Source: Eledone cirrhosa (lineage: Eukaryota). Taken from it: a stretch of 64,000 nt of DNA. Made by a program: the position numbers and the translations under genes. The notes under the pieces are model-generated. The model ran no database searches, was not told where the DNA came from, and saw nothing but the letters and a program-made list of their open reading frames with translations. Numbering within the stretch: the stretch's first letter is position 1; each line of letters starts with the position of its first letter. Of this stretch, positions 26,075 to 40,977 are shown piece after piece. The DNA lies in NCBI GenBank assembly GCA_964016885.1, contig OZ024748.1, forward strand, positions 49,848,001 through 49,912,000. The letters are read 5' to 3'.

Positions 26075-27624
26075 ATAATAATAAATTTGAAGACTAAAAT
26101 CCAAAGAGGGCTCGATAAGGATAAATATATATCAAATATATAAGAACCGTAGAGTAAATATTTATTAAAATAACAGATTCTAACGATCAGCGTCTCTTAG
26201 GCTCACCTGGCTAAAGAAACAAATGTTAATACTGTAAATAAACCCTATTGTACAGTCGACCATGTTTTCTTCATTCTTTTGTTATATATATAGCTGAAGA
26301 GATACATTTATAGAGAAATTGATAGATTTTCATATTAGTAGTATGTGATATCAGTTCTTAAGGGGAAACAGTGAGACAGAAAGTTTGATATAGATCCTTT
26401 TGAATTATAATATGATATCTGGGGGAGATTTAGAGAATAGAAGTTGTGATGGTCATTGGTTATGATGTAGGTAATTATGATGTCTATGATGATTAAAATG
26501 ATGAACATAATGACAGTGGTAAGAAGAATATAGTAGAAAGAAGAAGAGGAAGAAGAATATGGAGAGGGAGAAGGAGAAGAAATAGAAGGAGAAGGAGAAG
26601 AACGAGAACGCGAAGAGGGAGAACGAGAAAGAAGGAAAACGAAAGAAGGAGAACGAGAAGAAGAAAGAATAATTGTTTCTACTTTAGGCACAAGGCCAGC
26701 AATTGCCCAGTGCATTACTGGTACTTTATTTTATCGACCCCGTAAGAGAAGAAGAAAGAATAATAAAGATTAAAAGTAGTAGAAGACGAAGAGGAAGAAA
26801 GAAGATAAAGTAGGAGGCGGAGGAGGAGGAGGAGGAGGAGATGGAGGAGTAGGAGAAGAAGAAAGAAGAAGAAGAAGAAGAAGAAGAAGAAGAAGAAGAA
26901 GAAGAAGAAGAAGAAGAAGAAGATGTTGATGAAGATGAAGAAGAAGATGAAGGAGAAGATGGTGATGAATATGATGATTGATGAAGATGATGATGATGAT
27001 TGATGACGATGATGATGATGATGAGGATGCTGCGAATAGTGATGATGCTGCTGATAAGTGTGGTGATGATGGAGGTGATGACGACGTCGATAATGCCGAT
27101 GATGATGACGATGATTATAATAGTAACGATGATGATGATGATGATGACGGTAACAACGACGAGAGAAAGAAATTTTGCTGGAATAAAAATGATTGGACAT
27201 AAGAATTGGAGGCATTATTATTGAGGGGTTGAATATTAATATGGCGCCATAACCGTAGTCCGGTAGGGGTTAATTGGTTTAGAAAATGTCCCTTGTAAAA
27301 AATCTTATGAGGTTTCCTACATGATACAATGAAACAAGCCCCGAGCTAAAAGTCTATTTCTATTATTAATGAAAAATTCCTTACGTTTATGTAAAAACCA
27401 GTATGGAAGACAATTGACACAAAGCAGTGAAAGTAATATAGAAATTTACTGGAATGATTTGCTGACAAAATTGTGTCTGTGTCTAATTGTCTGTGTGTAT
27501 AGCCATATGGCTATACATGCGTATATCTAGACTCAGACATAAATACACACACACACAGGCACACACAGGCACACACTCACACACATACACACACACGCAC
27601 ACATACACATACACACACACACAT

Positions 27625-27661
<37 letters not shown>

Positions 27662-27674
27662 ATGACGGCGATGA

Positions 27675-28240
27675 ATTTGTTTTGCAAGGTTTTTGATATG
27701 AAATCGTGTGTCGAAACAAATATTGTTATACTTGGGGAGGGTCATATTGTTGTAATATTGCCAGAAATAATAACAGAACACACTCACTGTTTGGTTGGTT
27801 TTCGCTTCTGTATCTTTTATATCTCCACAGTTAATTTATTTGGTCCTTAATGTTTATCATTGACTGACCAACGGTAAAATATACAGATATAAATATATTT
27901 ATATCGTCTATCAAAGTTCTTTCGTTGCACATTTGCAACATCATCAGTGGTACTATTATGTTCCTCCTGTTGTATTGTACAATACAATACAACAGGAGGA
28001 ACATAATAGTACCCCTAATGATGTTGCAGATGTGCAACGAAAGAACTTTGTTAGACTATATATATGTGTTTATATCTATATTATTGCCGAGGTTAACTTT
28101 GCCTTTCATCCTTACGGGGTCGATAAAATAAAGTACCAGTAATACACTGAGATAATTGCTGGTCCCTTGTGCCAAAAGGAGAAACAATTATTTCTGGCAA
28201 TATTATTACAACAATATGACCCTTCCCAAGTATAACAATA
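27675..28240. mobile_element. Fold-back PLE-like cassette with a hammerhead motif in each arm, interrupted by a SINE fragment
   Basis: Centre near 27978. Minus CTGATGA-t-gttgca-aatg-tgcaac-GAAA at 27920-27947, with its mirror at 28015-28042. SINE at 28086-28190. 28186-28240 mirrors 27719-27770. Confidence 0.8.
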
Positions 28241-28293
28241 TATATATATATATATACACACACATATATATATATATATATAATACATATATA

Positions 28294-28352
<59 letters not shown>

Positions 28353-28464
28353 GTATGTATATATATATATATATATATGCACATTATTTTTACAAATATA
28401 CATGTACATAAGAATGGCTGCTCATATGTATGAATATATATTCAATTGTGTTTATATATATATG

Positions 28465-29260
28465 TATCCATTGAAGGAATCCTCCCACCCACGAGCGGTC
28501 TTCAAACCTCTTCAAATCAACATCATTAAGATCTCAAATCTTACCTCTAACAAGGCCATCTTTGACAGAGAGGTGCCATTCTACAACACTACCTAACCAA
28601 GAGTGGGTTCTCTGAAAACTATACCTATCCCCCTCACTAGCATCACACTAAGTATCCAAAAAGTCTAAAGTCTGTCTTAAGCCAGAAGGCTCATTTGGCC
28701 GGTGCTTATCCCGGTTTCATGGCGTGAAGCGACTGAGAGTACAAGACGCCCCCCTGGACAGGACGCCAGTCCATCGCAGGGTTAAACCTCCAGCTATTGC
28801 TGGTACTCATTTTCAGCTGTGTATACTGGAGCAACGTGAAATAAAGTGTTCTGCTCAAGAACACAACACGCAACCCAGGAATTGAGCCCACGACATTATG
28901 ATCGTAAGTCCAACACTCTTACCACTAGGCCACCTGCCTCCACACACTAAGTGTAAAAATAAAAATAAAAATAATAAAATGATTTGGTTCTGTCCATCCT
29001 TCTCACTTAGAGTTAGAAATGGTGTAGGTAAGGATTCTTAGCACTCTTAGACAAGCACTTCCCTATAGGGCTTATATACAGATTTATCTTCAACGGGCAC
29101 AGGCTGAGACTCAGATATTTCTGTGTTAAAAGTATGAAATCCCACATCACCCCCAACTCCAAGAGCAGGCTCTCAATCGGATGCTCTTGTAGAAAGCCAG
29201 AATCATGCCACCTACACTGACAGTGTAACACACCCGCAGTTACATCCACTTGTCATATAG
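28465..29260 (+). mobile_element. Decayed PLE ORF fragment (RT thumb and zinc-finger linker)
   Basis: SSHPRAVFK...[19 protein letters not shown]; MIWFCPSFSL...LLDKHFP....FIFN; GCSCRKPESC. These are typical of PLEs with a CxC linker (Neptune/Naiad-like). Confidence 0.75.
28665..28944 (-). mobile_element. CORE/V-domain-like tRNA-SINE inserted in the PLE fragment
   Basis: Minus strand: tggcctagtgg A box, ttcttgagcagaacacttta, ctgcgatggactggcgtcctgtccagggg. cacactaagt occurs on both sides. Confidence 0.8.
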
Positions 29261-29384
29261 AGAAATGCACCTGAGTATATATATATATATATAACACATA
29301 TATATCCTAGAAACGATCGTTAAATAATGAACTTTTTTTGTTTAATATAAGGAACTGTTTCATTGTTTATTCATTATTTGTTTA

Positions 29385-29449
<65 letters not shown>

Positions 29450-29651
29450 GTATATTTATATGTATAAATACATCTGTATATATATGTACATACATATAGA
29501 AACGAAAGATAAACAATTAATAATTATAGCAGCTGTTAAATTTATGATCGTCTCATTAGACTAACAAATATATTTATTCCATTCCTGCAAGAATAACTCC
29601 TCAGAATTGATCAAATTAAATACAAATAAAAAAAAATCCTACGTGTTTGAA

Positions 29652-29715
<64 letters not shown>

Positions 29716-29718
<3 letters not shown>

Positions 29719-30290
29719 ATAATAATAAATTTGAAGACTAAAATCCAAAGAGGGCTCGATAAGGATAAATATATATCAAATATATAAGAACCGTAGAGCA
29801 AATATTTATTAAAATAACAGATTAAAGTTTAAGCAAAGAATCGCTGCTTTCACCCTTAACGGGATCTTCTGAAACTAAAAAAGTCAATCTGTAAACGCAG
29901 AAGTAAATATTTCAAAAAACGTTGCAACCGGAGGAAGGCAGGAAGACGATACTTTGGTTCGTGGAAACGTTCCCTGGCAAAGAACGTCATTAATAGGAGC
30001 GGTGAAAAACAATTACACGTAAAGACAAAACCACGTTTATGGTATGAAAGAAGTAGTAGTCTAATATTCTATTAGTTGTTTCATGGAGACGTTCTCTGGC
30101 AATGAACGAAAAAAAACGAAGATAATACGTCATTATGTGGAGCGGAGAGAACAATTGCACGCAAAGACAAAACCACGTAAATGGTATAACTGAAGTCGTA
30201 GACTAATATTCTAACTAGGAAACCGAATGAATCTCGGCTTCAGAGTTAAGAATAAAGTAAATAAAATACAGAGGTAATTGAAATTAAATA
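29716..30290 (-). mobile_element. Longest copy of the gaagactaaaatccaaagagggc family
   Basis: Includes hammerhead-like caGAAGA-tccc-gttaa-gggt-GAAAgc (minus, ~29845-29871) and an internal ~125-bp tandem duplication (29963-30213). Confidence 0.75.
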
Positions 30291-30336
30291 AATACATACA
30301 CACATCCATATACGTACATACACAAGCATACGCGAA

Positions 30337-30378
<42 letters not shown>

Positions 30379-30401
30379 AACATATATATATATATATATA
30401 T

Positions 30402-30601
30402 ATAGGAAAAGAGTCAGGACCCTGACGGCTGAGCTCCGGCCGTTTCGACAGCTAGGTCTGAACCGGACCTAGCTGTCGAAATAGCCGGAGCTCAGTCGTC
30501 GGGGTCCTTACTCTTTTCCTATTAACCACTCTACTGCCCTAAGTATTGAGTACTCTGGTGCGTTACGGACCAACTGGTATCTTACCACACCTTCTTTGTT
30601 A
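30402..30601. mobile_element. Complete fold-back copy of the gacggctgagc family
   Basis: Palindrome 30402-30522 with loop at ~30460-30464, followed by the tail. Confidence 0.85.
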
Positions 30602-30746
30602 CACACACACACACACACACGCATATATATATATATGTGTGTGTAAATGAAGTAATTCCGTCGGAAAAGTCCAGGAAAAAAGAGTGCTCTATGTAGGTTA
30701 CAGACAGACTTTAGACTTTTTAGACACATATGTTGGTAGATGTACT

Positions 30747-30862
<116 letters not shown>

Positions 30863-30961
30863 CACCCCAAACGCTTAAATGGGAATATACTCAGGTATTT
30901 CCTAATGTTTGAGTGAGTTGGAATTTGGCCGGAGTATCGCTTTTAGCTTTCTCCGATTATG

Positions 30962-31006
<45 letters not shown>

Positions 31007-31105
31007 TGTGTGTGTGTGTGTATATATATATAAATATATGTAAATATATAGATATATATATGCATACACACACACATATACACACACATATATATATATA
31101 CACAT

Positions 31106-31336
31106 ACTAGCTGGGGTACCCGGCTTCGCCCGAGAGAGCAGTTGAGAGAAGACGGATAAAGGAGAAAACGACTGTATCGGATGTGTTGTCTGGTTTACAG
31201 TTTACAGACATTCCCGGGGTCTAATAGTATTACCCAGTAAAATTTGATTTAATTTGGTCGAGCCATTTGAGAATGCATAGAAAACAGACACACAGACAGA
31301 GAGAGAGAGACAAAGAATTTCATATAAGTATAGATA
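31106..31336 (+). mobile_element. Non-autonomous Helentron/DINE-1-like element
   Basis: Starts actagctggggtacccggcttcgcccg, has subterminal acag/ag repeats, and ends tataagtatagat. Confidence 0.65.
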
Positions 31337-31419
31337 TAATGGCGGTGTCCCTGCATGGCCCCAGCCTGTTAACTGGAACTCATAATAGAATATATTAACA
31401 GTGTAACATACACACACAC

Positions 31420-32220
<801 letters not shown>

Positions 32221-32221
32221 A

Positions 32222-32490
32222 TTGGTGTTGGATGCTTAAAGCGTCCGTATGCGGTAGGCCGTATGGGCACTCGATGCCCTCGTAGAGCAGAGTATGATAT
32301 CACAGAGAAAAGAGAATCAGTGTTGCGACGAAAGGAATTTATTGGACATATTACAATTGTTTCTCGGGCGATTTCAGAGTCAGGTGAGATCACCATATCG
32401 ATCGTGCCTCGAGCTGGTCGCCCGAGAAACAATTGTAATATGTCCAATAAATTCCTTTCGTCGCAACACTGATTCTCTTTTTTCTGATAT
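32222..32490. mobile_element. Fold-back cassette with ~70-bp arms and a hammerhead 3' half
   Basis: 32303-32371 mirrors 32418-32486. Contains GAAA-CAATTG-TA. Confidence 0.8.
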
Positions 32491-32507
32491 ATATATATAT
32501 ATATATA

Positions 32508-33000
32508 TAAAATACGTCGTTTAGAAAGCCACAACAATGCAGAGGGAAATCTCGAGGTAGGAAGTGAATGATAGATAGGAAAACAGGAGAAAGTGAAAAT
32601 TGAGAGAGACAAAGATGAAAACAAAACAAAGGTAGAAGGGTTACCGTAGTGGAGATTTAATCCCAATATTTCGGGCTCACGCCCATCAACGGGGGAAAGT
32701 TCCAAAGGGGGGAGGGGAACAGGCCAAGCGGAGAAAGTTGTGATGTCGTTAAGACAAGAATCCTGTCTTAACTTCCCCCCGTTGATGGGCGTGAGCCCGA
32801 AATATTGGGATTAAATCTCCACTACGGTAACCCTTCTACCTTTGTTTTGTTTTCATCTTTGTCTCTCTCAATTTTCACTTTCTCCTGTTTTCCTATCTAT
32901 CATTCACTTCCTACCTCGAGATTTCCCTCTGCATTGTTGTGGCTTTCTAAACGACGTATTTTACACATTTCACAATGCTTCAAGCAAACTTTAACACCCT

Positions 33001-33004
<4 letters not shown>
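32508..33004. mobile_element. Fold-back cassette with ~194-bp arms and a variant-core hammerhead
   Basis: 32508-32701 mirrors 32770-32963. Contains tcccc-CCGTTGA-t-GGGC-GTGA-GCCC-GAAA-TA-TT-ggga. Confidence 0.85.
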
Positions 33005-33043
<39 letters not shown>

Positions 33044-33193
33044 GTGGAAAACTATATGTAAATATATATATATATAAATGGAATAAAATGAAACGAAATT
33101 TTATTTCTCACTCTTAGTACGGCACTTACTTAAATGTAAGTATGTATGTATGTATACGTACATATATAAGTGTATACAGAAGTACAATAGTAA

Positions 33194-33324
33194 TACATGC
33201 ACACATATATATATGCACGTATCGGTTTACCGAACATTTATTATAATGTTTACAAACAAACAAACCGAGCATTATAATAAATGTTCGGTAAACCGATACG
33301 TGCATATATATATGTGTGCATGTA
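33194..33324. repeat. Inverted repeat with ~55-bp arms and a 21-nt spacer
   Basis: gcacgtatcggtttaccgaacatttattataatg / cattataataaatgttcggtaaaccgatacgtgc. Confidence 0.9.
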
Positions 33325-33389
33325 TGTATATATATACATACTACTGTATGTCTGTATACATATATGTATGTACGTATACATACTTACTT

Positions 33390-33449
<60 letters not shown>

Positions 33450-33514
33450 TGAAAGTATAATTAGAATTTTATTTCTCGCCCGAGCACAGCTGGTACATAA
33501 ATGTAAGTTTGCAT

Positions 33515-33551
<37 letters not shown>

Positions 33552-33619
33552 ATATATATACATCCACTCACATATATACATGTACATATGTATGTATGGG
33601 TTATATCGAACATTAATAA

Positions 33620-33725
33620 CTGTTTCTACTTTAGGCACAAGGCCACCAATTATCTTAGTGTATTACTGGTACTTTATTTTATCGACACCGTAAGGATGAA
33701 AGGCAAAGTTAACCTCGGCGGGATT
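33620..33725 (-). mobile_element. 5'-truncated SINE family A
   Basis: Tail and central domain present, with attaataa on both sides. Confidence 0.85.
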
Positions 33726-34014
33726 AATAATAATATTCGATTCGTTAACAAACAAACGGCCCGATTAAAGCTGTGCCATACCGATGACAATTCGTGATCC
33801 GTTTGTTGAACACTGGCATTGAGGAACGATCAACATATTTCTGGGTCATTACCCTTCATTAGGACTGTATACATCAGCCAATCTGTTGAACGTTTGAAAA
33901 TATATAGCAGTTTATTTAGTACACATCGGCTGAGTAGACTCATTTGCATACTGAGCGAGTTGATAGATTGATAGATAGATAGATCGATATATTGATATTA
34001 TTGTTTATTATGAT

Positions 34015-34200
34015 TGTGGATTGGCAGTATCGGTAGAGGGTCGGACGCCATGCTTTCCAGCATAGTTACGTCCCTTTACGATCTGAGTTCAAATCCCGCC
34101 GAGGTTGACTTTGCCTTTCATCCTTATGGGGTCGATAAAATAAAGTACCAGTAATGAACTGGGTAATTGCTGGCCTTGTGCCTAAAGTAGAAACAATTAT
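34015..34200 (+). mobile_element. SINE family A
   Basis: Near-identical to 8121-8308. Confidence 0.9.
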
Positions 34201-34435
34201 GATTCTCTATATGTCTGTTATATGCATGTGCACGTTACACACACGTACACACACACACACACACTTACACACACACACACGTACATACACACACACTTAC
34301 ACACTCATCCCACACACATCCCACACACATACACACACACACACGTACAGACACACACCCGTACACACACACTTAACCACACACACACACAAACATATAT
34401 CATATAGTTCAAGAAACGACAAGCAAAGATGCAAA

Positions 34436-34541
34436 AACAGTCTTATTATTTTCCCGCTTAGGAAGAGGTAGAAGATGGTAGACCATTATATACTTGTGTA
34501 TGTATGTATACATACGTACATGGATGTATGTATACATACGT

Positions 34542-34600
<59 letters not shown>

Positions 34601-34775
34601 TATACATATATATAGGTATTTACATATACCTATATATATGTATATATATATATATATATATATGTAAGTATGTATACATACATACATACATGCATATATA
34701 CATACATACATACACAAGTATATAATGGTCTACCATCTTCTACTTCTTCCTAAGCGTGAAAATAATAAGACTGTT
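34436..34775. repeat. ~70-bp inverted arms enclosing a microsatellite core
   Basis: aacagtcttattattttcccgcttaggaagaggtagaagatggtagaccattatatacttgtg is mirrored at ~34712-34775. Confidence 0.85.
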
Positions 34776-34943
34776 ATATATATACACGCACATATATATA
34801 TATATATATATATACTTCTACCTATATAGATATACATACATATATACATACACACTCACTTGTCCATATATATATATATACACTTCTACCTATATAGATA
34901 TACATACATATATACATACACACTCACTTGTCCACACACACAT

Positions 34944-34991
<48 letters not shown>

Positions 34992-35311
34992 GTCTATGTA
35001 CGTTGTTATATATCAGTGTATATAAAATATGTAGTGAGCGTTGTGTGCGGTCGTACAGTATTTATAAGTGTTTGGCAACACTTTCTAGATTTATTTCATT
35101 ACTTAAATGGGTTTAAATCTTAGCGGCGTGAATCGTCTGGTTGTGGTTGTTGGAATATGTTGTTGTTGTTGATCGTAATGATGTTCGGTGCAATGTTTGT
35201 CATTAAGGTTAATATGGAGAGAACATTTTAAAATATATTTATTTATATTTAATATGTTCGTTTAAATTTTAATTGTTAAACATTCCCTTATTACTATCAT
35301 TACTGTTATTA

Positions 35312-35403
<92 letters not shown>

Positions 35404-36491
35404 TGAACATTTTTATTTTTGTGAATTTGTTATTATATTTTGTGTTTTAATTTTAAATCACTTCGGGTGAGAAAAATTTATGAAGAAAAGAAAGAAAATA
35501 CCATTAAAAACGAAAATAGATTTAGGGCGTAAATGACATAAAACAAAGTAAAATAGAAGTGAAAATAAAAAAAAATATCTGCAACAAAACAATGGGAATT
35601 GATACATTAGCTGTGTAACAGTGTAACTGCGTGTTAGGTATAATGTTATTTTTTGTGGCGTGATTTTTTGCCTTAAGGTGCAAAAGTCAAGAAGTCTTCT
35701 TCACCTTAGTGTGGTAATTAAATAGAGTTTAAGTTTTTAAGTAGGAGAGAAGAGATAGAGCAATAGAGCACGAAAAACAGGTAATTAAATAGAGGAAAGA
35801 GGCGAAAAGAAATGATGATGGGGAAGATATGGGGAAAGGAGTGAAATGTGGTTTGGTCGGGGGGTTGAAATTGGTGCGACAAATTAAAATGGAAGAAGGA
35901 AATATGGTGAAACAAAGCTGTGTGTATATACTATATATATACATCATATATATATATATACATGCACACACACAGACACACACACATATATATATATGCT
36001 ATAGGCACATGGATATACACTCACATAGATATGTATGTAGATGATTATAGTGGTAGAAAAAGGAGTACGTGAAATAGAGAATGATAGTGGGAGAAATGGG
36101 GGGACTACAAATAAAGAAAGGAAGTAATAAAACAGCGGAGTGATGAGGCGAAAATATGGAAAGTTAATAACAGAAAGAGAGGTTGAGGAGGGGAGGTGGT
36201 CAGAATATGCGTGTGTGCATGTGTATATGTAATAATTTTCGAACGAGACGGAGAGGCATGACGAGACGAAGAAAAAGAAGAAAAGATTGATAACAGATTG
36301 TGGCAGTTGCACTGGGACAAAAGTTCGTAGAGCAAAACATTTCCTATATTTTTATTAGTGAAAGTAGTCGGAGTGTATATGATCTCTACACGTCCTCTTC
36401 TCGGGTTCATATGGTCGAGGTGGTGAAATGCTGTAGGCTTGTGCTTCTAGAGAAAAAAATTGAGTTTATAAAATTGCGAGGATAGAATCAA

Positions 36492-36800
36492 CTTTCTACA
36501 GCCGCAACCTGGTGCAGTCTGCAACTGACCCAGGTTCTGCTGAACATTGAGCTGAGGAGGCCAAACTCCTCAAATACTGGTCGCTCTCCGACGGGTTTGC
36601 GGTCGTACTCCTGGTAGTGGAGACTTCAGGGCTACCTCCTTACTCACCACCATAGGCGCTGAGCTGGTGGCTAGCCGCAGGTGTGAGCCCCGCGAGTTGG
36701 AGTGGCTTTTCCAGCGCGTCTTCCTTGCCGTCCTCCGGGGAAACGCCTTCTCCATTCTGTCCGCCAGGGCTGTGGGTAGGCCCCATCGCGTATCAGTTTT
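36492..36800 (+). mobile_element. Second CRE-like LINE 3' fragment
   Basis: NLVQSATDPGSA...AEEAKLLKY...VVETSG...EPRELEWLFQRVFLAVLRGNAFSILSA, homologous to 20440-20750. Confidence 0.8.
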
Positions 36801-37726
36801 GTAAATATGACAACAGTTTATGAATTTTGATGAAAAAATTACAGCTGATTAAGACATTTTCTTTTTATCTTTTCCTTCTTTTATCATTAGCTGGATTTGT
36901 ACATTTCTGTAGAAGCTGATAAAATCAATTGATTGGTGCTTTTCTATTCACTATATTCACATTGCGAGTGTCTGTACATATGTACATATTTTACCTATCC
37001 CCTTTGTTGATATATAATTTCATTCATCTTTCATATATATTTGACCATTATAGTCAGGCATATTTCCTTTAGTCGAGATGCTTCGCTGAGGAGATGTAAT
37101 AAAATCGAAATATGTTTGTTGCTTTCACCACGTTCCTCCATAGACAATGTTCACACGCTCTGCATTGTCTTAAATTCTTCCAAATAACATAGAGTAGAAT
37201 AGTGAATAGAAGTTCCCTCCCTTCCTTCACATAACCGGAACACCGTTTAATGTTGTTACGGTATAGAATAAGCGAGGGCTGTTTGCGAAATTGCTTTTAT
37301 CGTTATAATTTTGTATTTGCAGACATTCACAGACAAGAAGAGCTGCTAACGACATTATGAAACACCATTTTCTTTTCCTATTGCTGGAAATATGTAGTTA
37401 TGCATTTAACATGTGTATTCTGGTGAAGTAGAAACCGTAAAACGTCAATGTAAATATGTTTTCCTGGTTAAATATCGCTGTAATATTCTCCTGTCACCAA
37501 TGTCTCCTATTCACACTGATATTAAAATCGAATCTTTAGTTGTCACTGTGAGGCAACCAAATTATTTCCTGTATAATTGATGGTGTTTCGGGCTATATGA
37601 GGCATTGAGATTCATCAGGTTGGCTGCTTTCAATAAATTCCAATACACACACAGAAACACCCATCCACACTTCACACACACAGACAGACATACAGACACA
37701 CATACAGACACACAGACAGACATACA

Positions 37727-37815
<89 letters not shown>

Positions 37816-38536
37816 ACACACACGCACACACACATATGTATATACATATATACATATATACATATATAAGTAGTTCCACAACAATTAGTTTACCAAATGT
37901 TTCACCTTATGCGGATTCTCAACTCGGTCTGAATAAAGTTTTACGGAAAAGGGAAAAAACAACCGTACGAATACGCATGCGCAAAACGGTCACTTCTCCT
38001 GGGTGAGGTAAACCCACGATCGATAGTTGTAAGGGCGATAACTGTGGATGTCCGCAATAAATTATTCAAGTTATTCAGAATATTAGATTGTTGATGTTAG
38101 TCAATTTGGAGCTTTGTAATAGGTGTTTCCAGACGTGTGGACAACAGGAAAACAGTTCATTTCTTGAATTTAGGCAATCGTTATTACGAGCCAGACAATT
38201 AGATTTCGTCCAAGTTCACCGTTTATCTCTCACTCCATGATTTTACAAAAAATTCTATACGAATTTGCATATCAGAGTGGAATAAACGGGATTGTATGGG
38301 AACACAAGAAAAGGTGCCCCGGGCCTCGAGGTTCCAACACATCATCCTGTGAGCAATCAATGCATTAGTAAAACATTACACACAGAAACTACGTGTTATT
38401 TCCGAAAAAGAAAAAAAAGCGAAATCCACGCAGCCAGGTCCGGCGGAATGAATGAATTATCAACGGAGTTTTATTCCTAGATTCTATCAGGGAACCTGTC
38501 CGTGATAGCGACAACAACAACACCAACACCAACACC

Positions 38537-38630
<94 letters not shown>

Positions 38631-38664
38631 TATATATATATCAGTTTATTATTAGATTGTTCAA

Positions 38665-38778
38665 AGGGGCATAGATTTACGTCCCTTTATGATCTGAGTT
38701 CAAATCCCGCCGAGGTTAACGTTGCCTTTCATCCTTACGGGGTCGATTAAAATAAAGTACCTACAAAAGTAGAAACAA
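38665..38778 (+). mobile_element. 5'-truncated SINE family A with TSD tattagattgttca
   Basis: Direct repeat at ~38649-38663 and ~38780-38793. Confidence 0.85.
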
Positions 38779-38944
38779 CTATTAGATTGTTCAGAAATTA
38801 ATGAAAGTTATGTATTTTTTATTTTTTTCAGTATAAAACTCATGCAAGATGTTTTAACGTATGCATCATTTTAAAGCAGATGTTACACTCTTCCTTTCTA
38901 TATAATACATTTTTAATATAATTTTTCAAATCTTTGAGAGTAAG

Positions 38945-39730
38945 ATGTCAAAACAGGATTTTCCCTAAATATATTTCTATGAGTTTACACTCGGCAATAG
39001 TGCAGCACAAATTGCTAGCAACATAAATGAAGTTTAGGGCGAAGAAAGTGTTAATGGATGTACACAGCAGCTGTGGTTTCAAACACTTCACCGTAGAGAA
39101 TATATTTTTGAATACAATATAATATATTTTTGAATACAATATAATATATTTTTGAATAGAATAGTTTTGAATGCAATTTTAGACTTGAATTGACCTCATT
39201 GGAGGAAGCACATCTCTTCGATAGCTTACATGAGGGCTAGTTATATGTACTGGACGAAACTCTGCTCATTTGAAGCGAATTAGAAAACGGTAGAATCTTG
39301 AAAAATTGGTGCCACGCGAACTAAAATGTTGAATTGTGACGTGAGAAGATAGGTGGATGATATACAACAGCCAACGGCGTTTTGCACAGTGTTTGGTCCG
39401 GGATGAAGCTCCTAAATATTTTCCAAAGATATTGTTTCACCCCAAAAGGTTAAGGTGGCTTTTGGTGGTCCACAGTTGGATTATTTCACTACAGCTTCTT
39501 GAATCCTAACGAAACAATTACAACAGAAAAGTATTGTTATGAAATCAATGAAATGCACAAAACATTGCAGCGTGTATGTCAATAGAAGAGGTTCAATCCT
39601 CTTGTATGATAATACTCGACCACACATTGCACAACCAACGTTTCAGTAGTTCAATGAGTTTCGCTACGAAACCCTGCCCTCTTCCAGCATACTCATCAAA
39701 TCTTTCACCAACCGAATTCTGCTAAGATTT
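38945..39730 (+). pseudogene. Decayed mariner (DD34D) transposase
   Basis: FYEFTLGNSAAQIASNINE...WFQ; IVT..RWMIYN; WWSTVGLFHYSFLNPNETIT.EKYC; ILLYDNTRPHIA; PAYSSNLSPT. Stops and frameshifts throughout. Confidence 0.85.
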
Positions 39731-40030
39731 CGACAGCTTCTTGCAAGCCTTGTACTAAAACTAGAAACAATTATTATTAGCAAAAGGGGAAAAAGCAAAA
39801 CAACAATAAAATAAATAAATATATAAATAAGCAAATAGATATACGGCAAGAATTCAAAAATATATTCTTCATTTGAAATAGAAACAAACTATTGATAGCC
39901 ATTAAAAAATAAATGAAAGAAAAACAATACAGAACTTTCTTATCTCGTACGCCCCACCCCATTCTTTTACAGCTCACAAATAGCCTCAAAAACTATTTTC
40001 AATTTAATTAATGAACAATTAGAAAATACA

Positions 40031-40188
40031 TTCTTCTTCTTCTTCTTCTTCTTCTTCTTCTTCTTCTTCTTCTTCTTCTTCTTCTTCTTCTTCTTCTTCT
40101 TCTTCTTCTTCTTCTTCTTCTTCTTCTTCTTCTTCTTCTTCTTCTTCTTCTTCTTCTTCTTCTTCTTCTTCTTCTTCTTCTTCTTCTT
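40031..40188. repeat. (TTC)n microsatellite
   Basis: Direct reading. Confidence 0.99.
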
Positions 40189-40461
40189 TGTTGCCCGTGC
40201 AACAATTCTTACGTTTTTAATCTATGGATATTTATTTCCATTTTTCATTTCCAAATGATTCCGCCATTTTCTTATCATTAAATTTTAAGAAGCTGAGATT
40301 TCAGAATTTCCAAATAAAATGTCGCCAACAAGTAGCAAAGTCATAAAAAACAAATATATTTCAGTCTCCACCAATCTCTATCGCACGCACACACATATAT
40401 ATACACAAACATATATTATGTGTGTATGCATATGTATCTATATATTTGTGTGTGTGTGTGA

Positions 40462-40609
<148 letters not shown>

Positions 40610-40977
40610 ATATATATATATATATATATATACATAAAAATATATATATATATATATATTATGTATTATATATATATATATATTATATATATACACACAC
40701 ACATATATATATATACACACACATATATATATATATACACACACATATATATATATATATATACACTCACACATATATATATATATATATTATATATATA
40801 TATATACACATTTATATATAGATGTGTGTGTGTGTGTGTGTGTGTGTGTTTACACACGTATACTTCTAGTTTTTGTCATTATTTTATTTATCTATATGTA
40901 GATGTTTTATGCTTTTTTTTTCAGCAATGACCTATAAGAAGTTATACAACATTTCAGTCCTTACACAAACATTTTCC

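Noticed and set aside
26978-27202. Acidic Asp-rich ORF
   Set aside because: It is a degenerate (GAT)n microsatellite.
37960-38000. NRF1-like cgcatgcgca and scattered aaaatggcg (YY1-like) motifs as a promoter
   Set aside because: They are short motifs with no linked gene or transcript evidence.
39099-39160. 22-bp triple tandem aatatatttttgaatacaatat
   Set aside because: It is a local slippage duplication inside a dead mariner, with no sign of function.
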